Position numbers and translations under genes: made by a program. A stretch of DNA of 64,000 nucleotides from Minisyncoccota bacterium (GTDB taxonomy: Bacteria; Patescibacteriota; Minisyncoccia; Phycocordibacterales; UBA918): NCBI GenBank assembly GCA_041389025.1, contig JAWKSP010000002.1, positions 105,279 through 169,278 on the forward strand, in the 5' to 3' direction. A model generated the notes under the pieces. The model did no database searches. It saw only the letters and a program-made list of their open reading frames with translations, and had not been told where the DNA came from. Shown here piece after piece: positions 48,627 through 59,025 of the stretch (position 1 is its first letter; every line of letters starts with the position of its first letter).

Positions 48627-49727
48627 CTAACCTCTAAAAAGTCGATAAGTTATTATTGATAATGAACCAAGTGTTAACATAAATAATCCCATCAAAACAA
48701 ACCAACCAACTACCGGAATGTAAAACATAGCATTAACCGCAAACACACCCAATACAATAAAACCAATCGAGACTGAACCGGTTGGTGAAAATCTAGTTAA
48801 GAAAGAGGCGGTTATTATTCCCATCATGACTAGTGACAATAAAACCAAAGAAGCATAAACAAACATCAGAATAAGTCCCAAAATACTACCAAGTGTACTG
48901 ATTAGTAAAATTAACGAAGCAATTGGTGCTAAAAACATAATACCAAAACCAATCAATACACTACGTAAAGTATGGTTTCTCGCGTACAATACTATGTTTC
49001 TGGTATAGCGGTTAAAAATAAGATGAACAACCAAAGAAGCAAAAGCTGTGATTAAGAAGAAAATTAAAAAGCTTTTGATAAAATTATCACTTTCAGCAGA
49101 CGCAACCGGATCATTCCGCACTATTTCATTTGCTACTTTAGCATTTTGTGCTCTAGTCAGGTTATTTGAGCTAGTATACTTAATTCCCGCGCCAATATCT
49201 GCTTGATCACCTAAAACCAAACCACTGGTAGTAACCTCGATTCCACCCAACACCTTAGCATCTACTCTTACGTTATCTATAAAACCATAAATATCACCAC
49301 CGACTTCACCGGAAATATCTGCCTTACTACCAAAAAACATAATATCTCCATCAATTTTAGCGGTTGGTAAAACTTTTAAGGAACTACCAACCACGACTAA
49401 ATCACCGAGTATTTCTCCGGCAATTGTAACTTCACCAGCAACAATTCTAGCATCATCAGCTACTTGACCATGAATATCCACCAAGCCAGCTAAAATAAGA
49501 GTGTCTGCACCAGCTTGTCCGTTTAAAGTAATGTCTCCCCCAGCGAGTAAAACATCACCCTTAACCTCACCGGAGATAGCTACATTTTCTCCTAAAGCAT
49601 AAAAATCGTCTTCCACTGTTTGTTCCGGCGAAATCATTACCATTTCACCAGTCCTCACGATAGATGCACCATAAACTGTAGTTGGTATAAGAAGTATTAG
49701 AAAAGACAAAATTAAAAAACGTTTCAT
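48627..49727 (-). CDS. Bactofilin-like beta-helix membrane protein
   Basis: Repeated (I/V)xGxVxGD units then several C-terminal TMs. Confidence 0.8.
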   Translation of the reverse strand: MKRFLILSFLILLIPTTVYGASIVRTGEMVMISPEQTVEDDFYALGENVAISGEVKGDVLLAGGDITLNGQAGADTLILAGLVDIHGQVADDARIVAGEVTIAGEILGDLVVVGSSLKVLPTAKIDGDIMFFGSKADISGEVGGDIYGFIDNVRVDAKVLGGIEVTTSGLVLGDQADIGAGIKYTSSNNLTRAQNAKVANEIVRNDPVASAESDNFIKSFLIFFLITAFASLVVHLIFNRYTRNIVLYARNHTLRSVLIGFGIMFLAPIASLILLISTLGSILGLILMFVYASLVLLSLVMMGIITASFLTRFSPTGSVSIGFIVLGVFAVNAMFYIPVVGWFVLMGLFMLTLGSLSIITYRLFRG

Positions 49728-49954
49728 GAAATTTTATATTAAAACACCATTGAAATGACAAAAATCAAACCCAAATGTGTGCAAAGAATAGCTACATATA
49801 ATAATTTAAAGACACTAAACTATAACATAGATTAGGTATTATTTCTATATCTATCACTGGCAGATCTACATTATTTTTTGAATATAAAAATAAAGTAAAA
49901 AAGTAACTACCAGTGCTAAAGAGAATAATAGTAAATTAGTTAATATAAATTTTT

Positions 49955-50128
49955 TCACACAGCAATATACTTTACCGGCATCTGTAATATAGATATAGAC
50001 ACCACAATCAACAAGAACAAGACTATTGACGACAAAAACAAAACCACTCTAGGGCGAGACAATTCCATTTTTCCGGTATGCCAATTTCTAGTATATAAAA
50101 AAGAAAAAATATAGCGCCAAAAACTCAT
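49955..50128 (-). CDS. 57-aa small membrane protein
   Basis: Not in ORF track: MSFWRYIFSFLYTRNWHTGKMELSRPRVVLFLSSIVLFLLIVVSISILQMPVKYIAV; starts 15 nt after the upstream stop. Confidence 0.6.
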   Translation of the reverse strand: MSFWRYIFSFLYTRNWHTGKMELSRPRVVLFLSSIVLFLLIVVSISILQMPVKYIAV

Positions 50129-50143
50129 GTTAACGATATTAAA

Positions 50144-50485
50144 CTACTTATCATATTTACTCATATTTTTGTATAAAGTACCAGTAAGCAATAGAATAGT
50201 GACGCCTAGAAATAAAATAAACCATGGATGTTGTCGTAATATATCATACTGCAACAAAACCTGTTCAAACCCCAGCAAGGTGGTAACAACTCCAAAAGTA
50301 ACCAGTAAAGAAAACAATACAGGATAACGCTTCAGCGCACTTTTCCTTAGTGGTGAAATGTACGTATCTGCTTCTTTGGTAGCTTTTTCTACCTCTTTTT
50401 CAACCAAATCAGCCATATCCAACGTCACTTCCGTTACTTCTTTAGTTATTTTTGACGCTCCTTGTTTTAGTTTTTGTACCGCCAT
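50144..50485 (-). CDS. Hypothetical two-TM protein
   Basis: ORF track; hydrophobic C-terminal half. Confidence 0.7.
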   Translation of the reverse strand: MAVQKLKQGASKITKEVTEVTLDMADLVEKEVEKATKEADTYISPLRKSALKRYPVLFSLLVTFGVVTTLLGFEQVLLQYDILRQHPWFILFLGVTILLLTGTLYKNMSKYDK

Positions 50486-50560
50486 AATAAATATAAATGG
50501 GTATTATAAGTAAGGTAATTTTATTATAACATTTTATTCAATTAGATTTGGCTCCTAAAT

Positions 50561-51781
50561 TTAATTTAAATTTGGCATTTCTTTTAAAATAACTTGTTTT
50601 TCTATTTTTTCCCCTTTGTGGAGAAAAAGTATTTTAATACTGTCATTAACTTGTTTTTCTCTTAAAACTGTAGCTAAGTCACGTTTATCCAATCTTTCTC
50701 CATCAATCTCAAGAATTATATCGTTCTCCACAATTCCAGCTAAATCAGCTGGTGAACCAGGCATAACAGCCAACTCTCCATTATCTTGTCCACGCACCAC
50801 TAAAGCTCCGTAATCAACTAAGATATTATTTTTCTTCTGTAGTTGTTGATCTATCATCGTATATCGAACTCCCAAATAAGGTCTCACTATTTTCCCATGT
50901 TCCTTAACTGACTGTACCACCCCTTTTACAACATGTGCCGGTAAAGCAAAGCCAATATTATCTGCTCCTCGTGAAGTAGCGACATTTACTCCAACCACCT
51001 CACCTTTTATATTTAAAAGTGGACCACCTGAATTACCTGGATTTATGGCAGCATCAGTTTGAATCACTTGATCTAAATTTTCACTTCGACCAAACTCATC
51101 TGAAGCGACAATAGATCTAGCTAATCCCGATACCACTCCAACCGAAACAGAATTTCTAAATTCGGCTAAAGCATTACCAATAGCAACAACTTTTTCGCCT
51201 AATTTAAGATTTTCTGAATCACCAAAATCTAAATACTTAAGCTTTTTATCATTAGGCAAATCAATAATTTTCAAAACAGCAATATCAAGTACTTGGTCAC
51301 GAGCCAATACCTCCACCTCATAAGATACCCCGTCATTCATCAAGACCGAATAATGAGCATCTTCACCACTTACCACATGTCTGTTTGTCACCACCAAACC
51401 ATCTTCACTAACGATAAACCCTGAACCGCCACCAACCTCTTTTTCTTCAGTACCAATTTCTCGTTGCCGAGGAACAGAAAAACCACCGAAGAACCCCCAT
51501 GGATCAAATTGCTCATAATACTGCTCATAAACAGGCACGTCTTTAGTAATAACTACTGACACCACGGCGGGATTAACTCTTTCAATCATCGTCACCACTG
51601 GATCTTCAACTAACTCCGTCTTTAAAACTTGATTATTTTCTTTGTCATCATCCACAAAAAAATCATTATTTAAATGACTATAAAAAACTTCCGGATGAAA
51701 AGCAAAGATAAAACTTAATCCGATCAATATAGTAAATAAACTACTGGTAACTGAAGTGAAAAGTAATTGTTTTAAATTCAT
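50561..51781 (-). CDS. HtrA/DegP-like serine protease with PDZ domain
   Basis: GSGFI, TNRHV, DIAV, INPGNSGGP, PDZ. Confidence 0.95.
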   Translation of the reverse strand: MNLKQLLFTSVTSSLFTILIGLSFIFAFHPEVFYSHLNNDFFVDDDKENNQVLKTELVEDPVVTMIERVNPAVVSVVITKDVPVYEQYYEQFDPWGFFGGFSVPRQREIGTEEKEVGGGSGFIVSEDGLVVTNRHVVSGEDAHYSVLMNDGVSYEVEVLARDQVLDIAVLKIIDLPNDKKLKYLDFGDSENLKLGEKVVAIGNALAEFRNSVSVGVVSGLARSIVASDEFGRSENLDQVIQTDAAINPGNSGGPLLNIKGEVVGVNVATSRGADNIGFALPAHVVKGVVQSVKEHGKIVRPYLGVRYTMIDQQLQKKNNILVDYGALVVRGQDNGELAVMPGSPADLAGIVENDIILEIDGERLDKRDLATVLREKQVNDSIKILFLHKGEKIEKQVILKEMPNLN

Positions 51782-51846
51782 ACAAAAACAGAAAATTATA
51801 ACTTACAAATAATTATGACACTAAACTATACGAAAAATACGTATAA

Positions 51847-52848
51847 TTATTTCATATAAAGTTGTTTACCCTTTTCCCAAAATTCTTCATAACCATTTTG
51901 CTTCAACCAATACCACCACTCAGCTCCCCATAAATACTGTCTATCAAACCGAGTATTTTCTGCATACTCAAGAATATTGGTAAATTTTTCTAAGTCCATA
52001 CGTGAAAACTGAGCCTCTACCGGCACATCACGAACCGGTGCCACCAACCATGGTTCGGCCGATAATTCAATCAAAAATACTGGTTTTTTACCGTATATTA
52101 AAGACAGCCAATTACTTTTTACTCGATAAGACCAAGCCGGCAAAACAGTTTTGAATTGTCCCAATTCCGGATTCCAAAAATATACATAAACACTAGTGCC
52201 AAATATATCAGCTCGTTTATAAGGTTCAACCCAAAGACCAAGATTGCCACTATCCGTAACAATCACCGATCTAGTCGGATCAAGTTCACGTACCAAGGCA
52301 ATTTCTTTATCCAATAAATCTACATCTAACTCACCACAATGCTCATAGGCAAATAACTCTAAATATGGCTCATTTTCTACCTGCCAGTATTTTACCGCCG
52401 GACTATCTTTATAACGTTCAACTACTTGTTCAAAGTATTCCAATTGAGCTTGATTACGTTCTTCTGGTTTTAAATTTTTAGCCCAATCAGGTACATGACA
52501 TTCCGGCCACCGTGGCAATCTTCGACCAACCGCCAAAATCACTTCTGTCCCAGTAATTTCGGCTCGGTTAATCTGATAATCCATTTCAGTAAAATTATAA
52601 TTGCCTTGCACGGGCTCAATCATCGGCCAATGTGCGGCCAAGCGAATATGCCTAACTTTTAGATCATCTAAAATTGCATCGTATGTTTCTTGCCAATCAA
52701 GTCCCAATTCTTTAGCGTATAAAACGTTAAACGACATTCCATAAGTGATCGAGCTCGGCTTCTTTTTATAAGCTAAAAAAGCAGTGGCAATAACTAAAAT
52801 AAATATTAAAAATAAAAATATTTTTATAATTTTTTTCCACCAAGACAT
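51847..52848 (-). CDS. Clan GH-A glycoside hydrolase (GH42/GH5-like), membrane-anchored
   Basis: WQVENEP acid/base motif; IELSAEPW. Confidence 0.75.
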   Translation of the reverse strand: MSWWKKIIKIFLFLIFILVIATAFLAYKKKPSSITYGMSFNVLYAKELGLDWQETYDAILDDLKVRHIRLAAHWPMIEPVQGNYNFTEMDYQINRAEITGTEVILAVGRRLPRWPECHVPDWAKNLKPEERNQAQLEYFEQVVERYKDSPAVKYWQVENEPYLELFAYEHCGELDVDLLDKEIALVRELDPTRSVIVTDSGNLGLWVEPYKRADIFGTSVYVYFWNPELGQFKTVLPAWSYRVKSNWLSLIYGKKPVFLIELSAEPWLVAPVRDVPVEAQFSRMDLEKFTNILEYAENTRFDRQYLWGAEWWYWLKQNGYEEFWEKGKQLYMK

Positions 52849-52851
52849 AAT

Positions 52852-53790
52852 CTATAAAAATAAAATGAAGTATCCAACCGCAATAACCGCCACATACAAC
52901 ACTTGTCGAAAAACTTGTCGTGGTCTAGTATCAGCATTTACTGTGGTTTGCGGTAAAAACGATCCAAACAAAATAGTTATTAACAAAATAAAAACAAATT
53001 TTAGACCATCAAGAGCTTGTACCACTGCTACCTCACCCAGATCAGTGGCTTTAAGTAATAAGAAAGCTGCTATACCAGCCAATATCTTAGTAAAGATAAT
53101 GAGTATAACTGTTTTTAAATTAGCCTGTTTGCTCTCCTCGGTTACTTTTTCATAATAAACCGGCACCAATAATAGTGACAAAGCAAAAATAACCAAACCA
53201 ACTCTCGACCAAAAGAAACCATCATCAAAACTAGTTTCCTCAAACAAACCTTTCATAGCAATAACATGTAAAGCGAAGAAAAGACCACTATGAAAAAGAT
53301 TTATTACAGTACTACGCTTTGGTATAGTTTGTGCTACCAAAAGTGTACCTAGCGCTAAAACAATCACTCCCCAAGTGAAATTAGCTGGTAATGTCACATC
53401 CTCTAAGAAAAGATAGCTTAGAAGAAGTGACATAAAAGCGGACACTGCTCCCACCACCGGCATTACGTTTACTGCCTCTGTCCGCTTTAAAGCATCATAT
53501 AAAGACACTAAAGCCATAAAAAAAGTATAGGCCGCCAAAGAAGACATACCAACCACCTGGATAGTTGGCCACTGTATATTGGAAAAAGTAGGAATACCTA
53601 AACTAGCTAAACTAGGAATATAACCAAGTAAGAAAATAAGTACCCAAAAACCGGTCAGAAGACAAGAATAAAAAGCATACACGAAAGGCCGCGGCAATGC
53701 CTTTTCGTCAGTAACTATATATTTATCTAAGAAAGCTACAATGGCATTAATAAATTGTCCAATTGTAGCCAACAATATCCAAGACATCAC
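52852..53790 (-). CDS. EamA/DMT-like transporter
   Basis: About 10 TM in two repeats. Confidence 0.7.
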   Translation of the reverse strand: MMSWILLATIGQFINAIVAFLDKYIVTDEKALPRPFVYAFYSCLLTGFWVLIFLLGYIPSLASLGIPTFSNIQWPTIQVVGMSSLAAYTFFMALVSLYDALKRTEAVNVMPVVGAVSAFMSLLLSYLFLEDVTLPANFTWGVIVLALGTLLVAQTIPKRSTVINLFHSGLFFALHVIAMKGLFEETSFDDGFFWSRVGLVIFALSLLLVPVYYEKVTEESKQANLKTVILIIFTKILAGIAAFLLLKATDLGEVAVVQALDGLKFVFILLITILFGSFLPQTTVNADTRPRQVFRQVLYVAVIAVGYFILFL

Positions 53791-53792
53791 TA

Positions 53793-55019
53793 CTATTCTA
53801 CCACCTGATTTTCCTCACAGATTTTCTTATACACGTACGCCGACGGACGGATTTTCCGCTCTAAGGTGTCATAGTCTATTTTTACTAAGCCAAACCTTTT
53901 TTCAAAACCCAATGCTAATTCATAGTTATCCAGCAACGACCAATACATATGTCCACGAACATCCACGCCAGCCTGGAGGGCCCTCCAAGTACCTTTCGTT
54001 TGTTCAGTTATATATTTAGCTCGCCTAGTATCTGAAGCATCAGCAAGTCCTGCCTCAGAAATAAAGATAGGTTTATTATATCGAGCCAAATATTTTAGAG
54101 CAAGTTCTATTTTATCTGGATTGATATTCCAATCCATATCGGTTTTAGGATAAATTTGAGTATCTCCAAACTTTTGGTAGCGATAATAATTAAGACCTAT
54201 CGAATCCAGATATTTGGCTACACGATTCATAAAATAGCCACTTTGTACATAAGCACCCACTTTAGCTACAAGCTTATTTAAAGGATTCCAATTGGCATCA
54301 AAGACACGGACATGTTTTACAATACTTACATCCACACTTGAGCGTTTTACCTTAATCAATTGATAAGCCTTATTGTGAGACTCTATTAAATTTTCCACCA
54401 CCTTAAAGTAAGTTAGAGTGTTCTTAAAGCTTAAAGTTTGCGCTGATTGCCAAGTTCCATCCGGCTTACCAAACTTAATCCACAAAAAACGTCCTCGCTT
54501 AAAAGGCGGCCATGCTCCAAAAAGCCAACCGTGACTGGCAAAAACATTTGGTTCGTTGATGGTAGAAAAATATTTACAGTCATCAGCCAACTTATCGACC
54601 ACATAAGCACAATACTTAGCAAATATTGATGGTGAATCAGGATGTTCAAAACCACCCTTATCGGCAAACCACTGCGGTAAAGTAAAGTGCCAAAGAGTTA
54701 TAAATGGTGTTAGGTCACGTTTTTTAAGTGCTTTTAGTACTTGCCGATAATGTTCAATCGCTTCCTCATCAAATTTCCCTTCCTCCGGCTCAATTCTCGC
54801 CCACTCAATAGAGAAACGATGGGAATTATGACCAAGCTCTTTTGCAATATCAAAATCCTCCTCATAGCGATTATAGTGATCTGCCGCCCTGCCAATCTTA
54901 GGAACCAAACCTTTATTAGCTGCCGTCTCCCAATCCATTCCAGTAATACCACCTTCAACCTGAAAAGCTGAAGTAGCCGCCCCCCAATAAAATCCTTCAG
55001 GAAACTTTTTTTCGGTCAT
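53793..55019 (-). CDS. Glycoside hydrolase family 1
   Basis: FYWGAATSAFQVEG, TINEP, ISEAG, WSLLDNYE. Confidence 0.95.
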   Translation of the reverse strand: MTEKKFPEGFYWGAATSAFQVEGGITGMDWETAANKGLVPKIGRAADHYNRYEEDFDIAKELGHNSHRFSIEWARIEPEEGKFDEEAIEHYRQVLKALKKRDLTPFITLWHFTLPQWFADKGGFEHPDSPSIFAKYCAYVVDKLADDCKYFSTINEPNVFASHGWLFGAWPPFKRGRFLWIKFGKPDGTWQSAQTLSFKNTLTYFKVVENLIESHNKAYQLIKVKRSSVDVSIVKHVRVFDANWNPLNKLVAKVGAYVQSGYFMNRVAKYLDSIGLNYYRYQKFGDTQIYPKTDMDWNINPDKIELALKYLARYNKPIFISEAGLADASDTRRAKYITEQTKGTWRALQAGVDVRGHMYWSLLDNYELALGFEKRFGLVKIDYDTLERKIRPSAYVYKKICEENQVVE

Positions 55020-55246
55020 AAATAATAAGTGAATTATAACAAAAAGTCACATTGAAATGCGACTTTTAAAAAACAACATTAAATTAAAGTTACTAGGTCT
55101 TTTTCTTGGTTTCTAAATTTTCTGACTTCAAGCCAATTGAGACTTTCATTTGAATATAAATTCAAATGAACTTCCTTATTGTTTATACTGGATATAGCAA
55201 TGAATTTTAAATTTTAGCTCTATTTCTTGCATAATTTATATATTAC

Positions 55247-55978
55247 CTAAAAATCAATTTCCTCTTCATTTCGCGAGCGAAAATCAAGGAAGTTTTGCCA
55301 TTTTTTGTACAATTCAACAGTGGCAGTGACATCACGGGCGTTGTAGCGGGCGATGTCGCGGAACTTTTTCTTTAAAAAAAGTTCCGCGACATCATCACCA
55401 CCCACCTCTTCTTTTGGACTCTCAATTCCGTAAGCACGGCAAAACAAATGTAAATTAGGCCTCCTCGACATCGCACCAAAAAAAGTTAGTTCATCTTGCA
55501 AATCAATGTGCCGACAACTTATCTGCTGAGACGGATAACGTCCTTCCATCAGATTCTTGGTCGGCATCACCTTATGCGTCACCGAACGATGTAATAAAAA
55601 CGGTACATCAAACACTCGACCATTAAATGTCACAAAAGTATCATAATGCTTGGCCCCAGCCCAAAATTCATAGAGCATCTCAGCTTCGGTTCGTTGTTTA
55701 TATACATAATCATCGATTTCCTCATCTTTTTCACCACCCTTTCCAGTGTAATAGACAGCGCCTTTCCCTCTTTCCAAATCATAAATACCGATAGCTACCA
55801 CAAAGCCGGTTAAGGGAGAAAAGCCTAAACCAGCTTTTATATCAAGCAACATAGCTTCTTTGTCGGACTCAGTACGAGTGGTGCGTTCCACCCAACGAGA
55901 TAAAGTCTTTTTTGTTACCTCGTCCAAAGCACCCCAGTCTTCACCCACTGTCTCAATATCAAACACCAAAGTAGCCAT
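55247..55978 (-). CDS. PolB-like 3'-5' exonuclease (RNase H-like fold)
   Basis: FDIET, FNGRVFD, YNARD. Confidence 0.85.
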   Translation of the reverse strand: MATLVFDIETVGEDWGALDEVTKKTLSRWVERTTRTESDKEAMLLDIKAGLGFSPLTGFVVAIGIYDLERGKGAVYYTGKGGEKDEEIDDYVYKQRTEAEMLYEFWAGAKHYDTFVTFNGRVFDVPFLLHRSVTHKVMPTKNLMEGRYPSQQISCRHIDLQDELTFFGAMSRRPNLHLFCRAYGIESPKEEVGGDDVAELFLKKKFRDIARYNARDVTATVELYKKWQNFLDFRSRNEEEIDF

Positions 55979-55983
55979 AAAAA

Positions 55984-56766
55984 CTAAAGGTTTACCGGCA
56001 GTCCTGAATAACAACCAATCATCCCTTCTCTATCTGAAGATAAGTAATATCGATACTGACCAGCCTCCACCACACCACCACACCGATCAGTCTCAACAGA
56101 ATCATTTAATCCATAAATCGGAAAGCCATCAAGCGCGTACCCAACCAGAGTTTCTTTACCGAAAATACCATATACGCCTTGCTCATCATTTCTAATCAAT
56201 GAGCCATCAAGCGCAATACCAACGATATCATTAGCTAAACATTTTTTAGAAGCAAGAGGCATAGTCCGCACCGGTAACTGAAGAACTATATTTTTTCCAC
56301 CAACCATTACAGAATCAACATCAGAATTTTCTACTTCTTTATAAATAATCCTTGCTCCTTCGACCACTTCAAACTTAAGATTGTATGGAGACCAACTAAC
56401 AAACATATCAGAATAACCAACACAAGTATCAATAGATGCCTGACCTCCTATCAAATCATTATCCAAAGCTTCATCTTTATCGTTCACATCCTCTACATCA
56501 TTTTCTATATCAGAAGCTATAACACTAGCCAGATTACTATTTAAATCCAACTTAGCAATTTTTTTGGTTAAATCTTTCAACCTTTCTGACCTTTTATCTG
56601 GTTCTTTTTCTGGTAAAACTGCTTCATAAATAACTTCATCAGTTTTATTAAAAGTTTTCTCTTCAGAAAATACTTTTGTACCACCATCTTCTACCGTAAT
56701 TGTAATTGCCAACACTAAAAAACCAACCGTCAACAAAAATAACAAAAAATCACGAGTTCTTACCAT
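55984..56766 (-). CDS. YHYH-like membrane-anchored protein
   Basis: GIALDG, GYALDGFPIYG, DRCGG, YRYY. Confidence 0.65.
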   Translation of the reverse strand: MVRTRDFLLFLLTVGFLVLAITITVEDGGTKVFSEEKTFNKTDEVIYEAVLPEKEPDKRSERLKDLTKKIAKLDLNSNLASVIASDIENDVEDVNDKDEALDNDLIGGQASIDTCVGYSDMFVSWSPYNLKFEVVEGARIIYKEVENSDVDSVMVGGKNIVLQLPVRTMPLASKKCLANDIVGIALDGSLIRNDEQGVYGIFGKETLVGYALDGFPIYGLNDSVETDRCGGVVEAGQYRYYLSSDREGMIGCYSGLPVNL

Positions 56767-56796
56767 ACTTAAGTCACATAATAACAGAAAAAGCTG

Positions 56797-58131
56797 TTAT
56801 TGTTTATTTGTGTCCACTTTTTTCTTACGAGAAGCCACTTTAATCTCTACCAATTGTTCTACCCGCCTAATATCAGCTAAAAGTTTGGAGTGATCCTTGT
56901 TGTTTAAAATTAGATTGAATACTGAACGACCACCATTTCTCGCAAAAACAGCTCTGTCACCAATCTTCTTATTCACATCAATTCCATGAAAAGAATCTAG
57001 TTGTTCAATCTTTTTAATACCTTTCATTTCTACGATTTTTCCTTCTTCTTTAGCAAACCATTTCATGGCACATGCATAACTGTTACATTTTTTTGGCACA
57101 TTAACCTTTTGCGGAATCCGGTTCAGCATATCATTTAAATAATGGTTAATACCACAAGTCAAACTATACAAAGTATGCCTAAAACCACCAATTCGCGCGC
57201 CGATTTCTACCACCTTCCAATCATCATCAACTTTCATCAACTCAGTATGGGTTATAGTGTTACGCAAACCAAGAGCATGAATAGCTTTTTTAGCTGTTTC
57301 TTCTGCTCTTTCTACCGTGGTCTTTTTTAAAATTGGTGGAGTAATTTGTAGATAGCCATAAAAGTCATCATGTCCAATTTTTTTACCAGTTACCACTTTT
57401 ACCAATGGACAATGTTCGACTCGCCCGCGTGGACCAACATAAGAATCAATTGAATACATATCACCGTCCATATATTCTTCAGCAATTAACTTTGGTTCCT
57501 CAACTCGTTTATCATTTTCGTAAGCTTTGCGCAATTTCTTAAAAGTTGAACGCAACGACTTTTCAAGATCTTCTTCATGGTAACAAATAGACACCAAAAG
57601 GCTACCAGCCATGTTAGTTGGCTTAATAATCATTGGAAAACCGATTTTCTTTATAACTCTCTGTCGCTCAACTTTTGTATTATTTTTTATTAGAGTGAAC
57701 TTAGGTGTAATACTTGGATCATACAGGTTCATTCGCCGACGCATCATATACTTATCGCTGGCCCAGCGAAGGGATTCTGTAGTTGGTGTGTAGATATAAG
57801 GCACATGTGGTAAAACTTCTGCAAAACGGGCCATGCCTTGCTCACGCCTACAATTTATAGCTAATAATTGATTTTGATAAGGAAGTAAAGCTTTAGCAAT
57901 TTCATCTGGTTTAGAAAAATCAACCTGAATAGAAATATCATTTTCACCTAAACCTCTTACTAGATCACTGTCTTTTTTTAGTCGACTATCCCAAATCGAC
58001 ATTATTCTACAACTATTTCCAGTTAGTTTTTCGTATTCTTTTACATTTCTTATAACGACTGGAGTTATCCCCATCACAAAAGCAAAAATATTCTTTTCAA
58101 CCAGCTTATCATCGTTTGTTTCTTCAGACAT
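56797..58131 (-). CDS. ATP-grasp domain protein
   Basis: DKYMMR, PMIIKP, EEYMDG, HTE, EIGARIGG. Confidence 0.85.
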   Translation of the reverse strand: MSEETNDDKLVEKNIFAFVMGITPVVIRNVKEYEKLTGNSCRIMSIWDSRLKKDSDLVRGLGENDISIQVDFSKPDEIAKALLPYQNQLLAINCRREQGMARFAEVLPHVPYIYTPTTESLRWASDKYMMRRRMNLYDPSITPKFTLIKNNTKVERQRVIKKIGFPMIIKPTNMAGSLLVSICYHEEDLEKSLRSTFKKLRKAYENDKRVEEPKLIAEEYMDGDMYSIDSYVGPRGRVEHCPLVKVVTGKKIGHDDFYGYLQITPPILKKTTVERAEETAKKAIHALGLRNTITHTELMKVDDDWKVVEIGARIGGFRHTLYSLTCGINHYLNDMLNRIPQKVNVPKKCNSYACAMKWFAKEEGKIVEMKGIKKIEQLDSFHGIDVNKKIGDRAVFARNGGRSVFNLILNNKDHSKLLADIRRVEQLVEIKVASRKKKVDTNKQ

Positions 58132-58262
58132 AAAAATTATTTGAAATTGAAAATTATTTGTATCTATTCAATCTTCACAATGTCAAACAGCATACTATAA
58201 ATTTAAGCAAAATATCTTTACAGTACAAAACAAAATAAAATCAAGACTTGACTTTTAAAACA

Positions 58263-58922
58263 TTATCCACCCGTTTCAGTACCATTCGGTAAACTAAATT
58301 CCACCTCCGGATTTACAAGATCTTCAATCGTACTAGCTAGTTGATCAAACGATATACCGGACACAACTTCACCGTTTATTACAAAAGTTGGAGTAGCATT
58401 TATACCAAGAGAGCGACCTTCATTGAGCTCTGATCGGACTTTATCCTTAATCAAAGATGATTTCATATGCTGCTCAAAAAGCTCAACGTTCAAACTTAAC
58501 TCTTCAGCATATTCCTCGAAATCACCGGTAGGGTTCAAGCTGTTTTTCCAGCTATTTTGATTCTCAAACAGAAGATCGTGAAATTCATAAAACTTATCTT
58601 GCTGACCAGCTGCTTCCGCTGCTCTAGCCGCTATTTCAGCTGAGGGATGAATCGGTAAAGGAAAATGTTTATATTCAAATCTTACCTGATCACCATATTT
58701 ATCCATAATATCGGAAACTACCGGAAACCAACTGGCACAAGCCGGACATTCAAAATCACTAAACTCAACTAAAGTTATATTGGCATCAGGATTACCTTTT
58801 ATATATTCCTTAGTAACATCGACTCCTTCATCATAATTTTTACTAACACTATTAGAATAAATAATAGAGCCACCAACTAAAACTACCGCTACTAGCCCAA
58901 CCACTGTCCATGCATTTTTCAT
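58263..58922 (-). CDS. DsbA-family thiol-disulfide oxidoreductase
   Basis: EFSDFECPAC, HFPL, ATPTFVING. Confidence 0.92.
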   Translation of the reverse strand: MKNAWTVVGLVAVVLVGGSIIYSNSVSKNYDEGVDVTKEYIKGNPDANITLVEFSDFECPACASWFPVVSDIMDKYGDQVRFEYKHFPLPIHPSAEIAARAAEAAGQQDKFYEFHDLLFENQNSWKNSLNPTGDFEEYAEELSLNVELFEQHMKSSLIKDKVRSELNEGRSLGINATPTFVINGEVVSGISFDQLASTIEDLVNPEVEFSLPNGTETGG

Positions 58923-59025
58923 ATGACTATAATAATAACATAACATTTTCAGCGGCAAACAACTTTCTCCTACCCACCAGTAAAGTTAGAGTCTGTCAAA
59001 ATTTTTTGGTAAACTTAAAAATATT

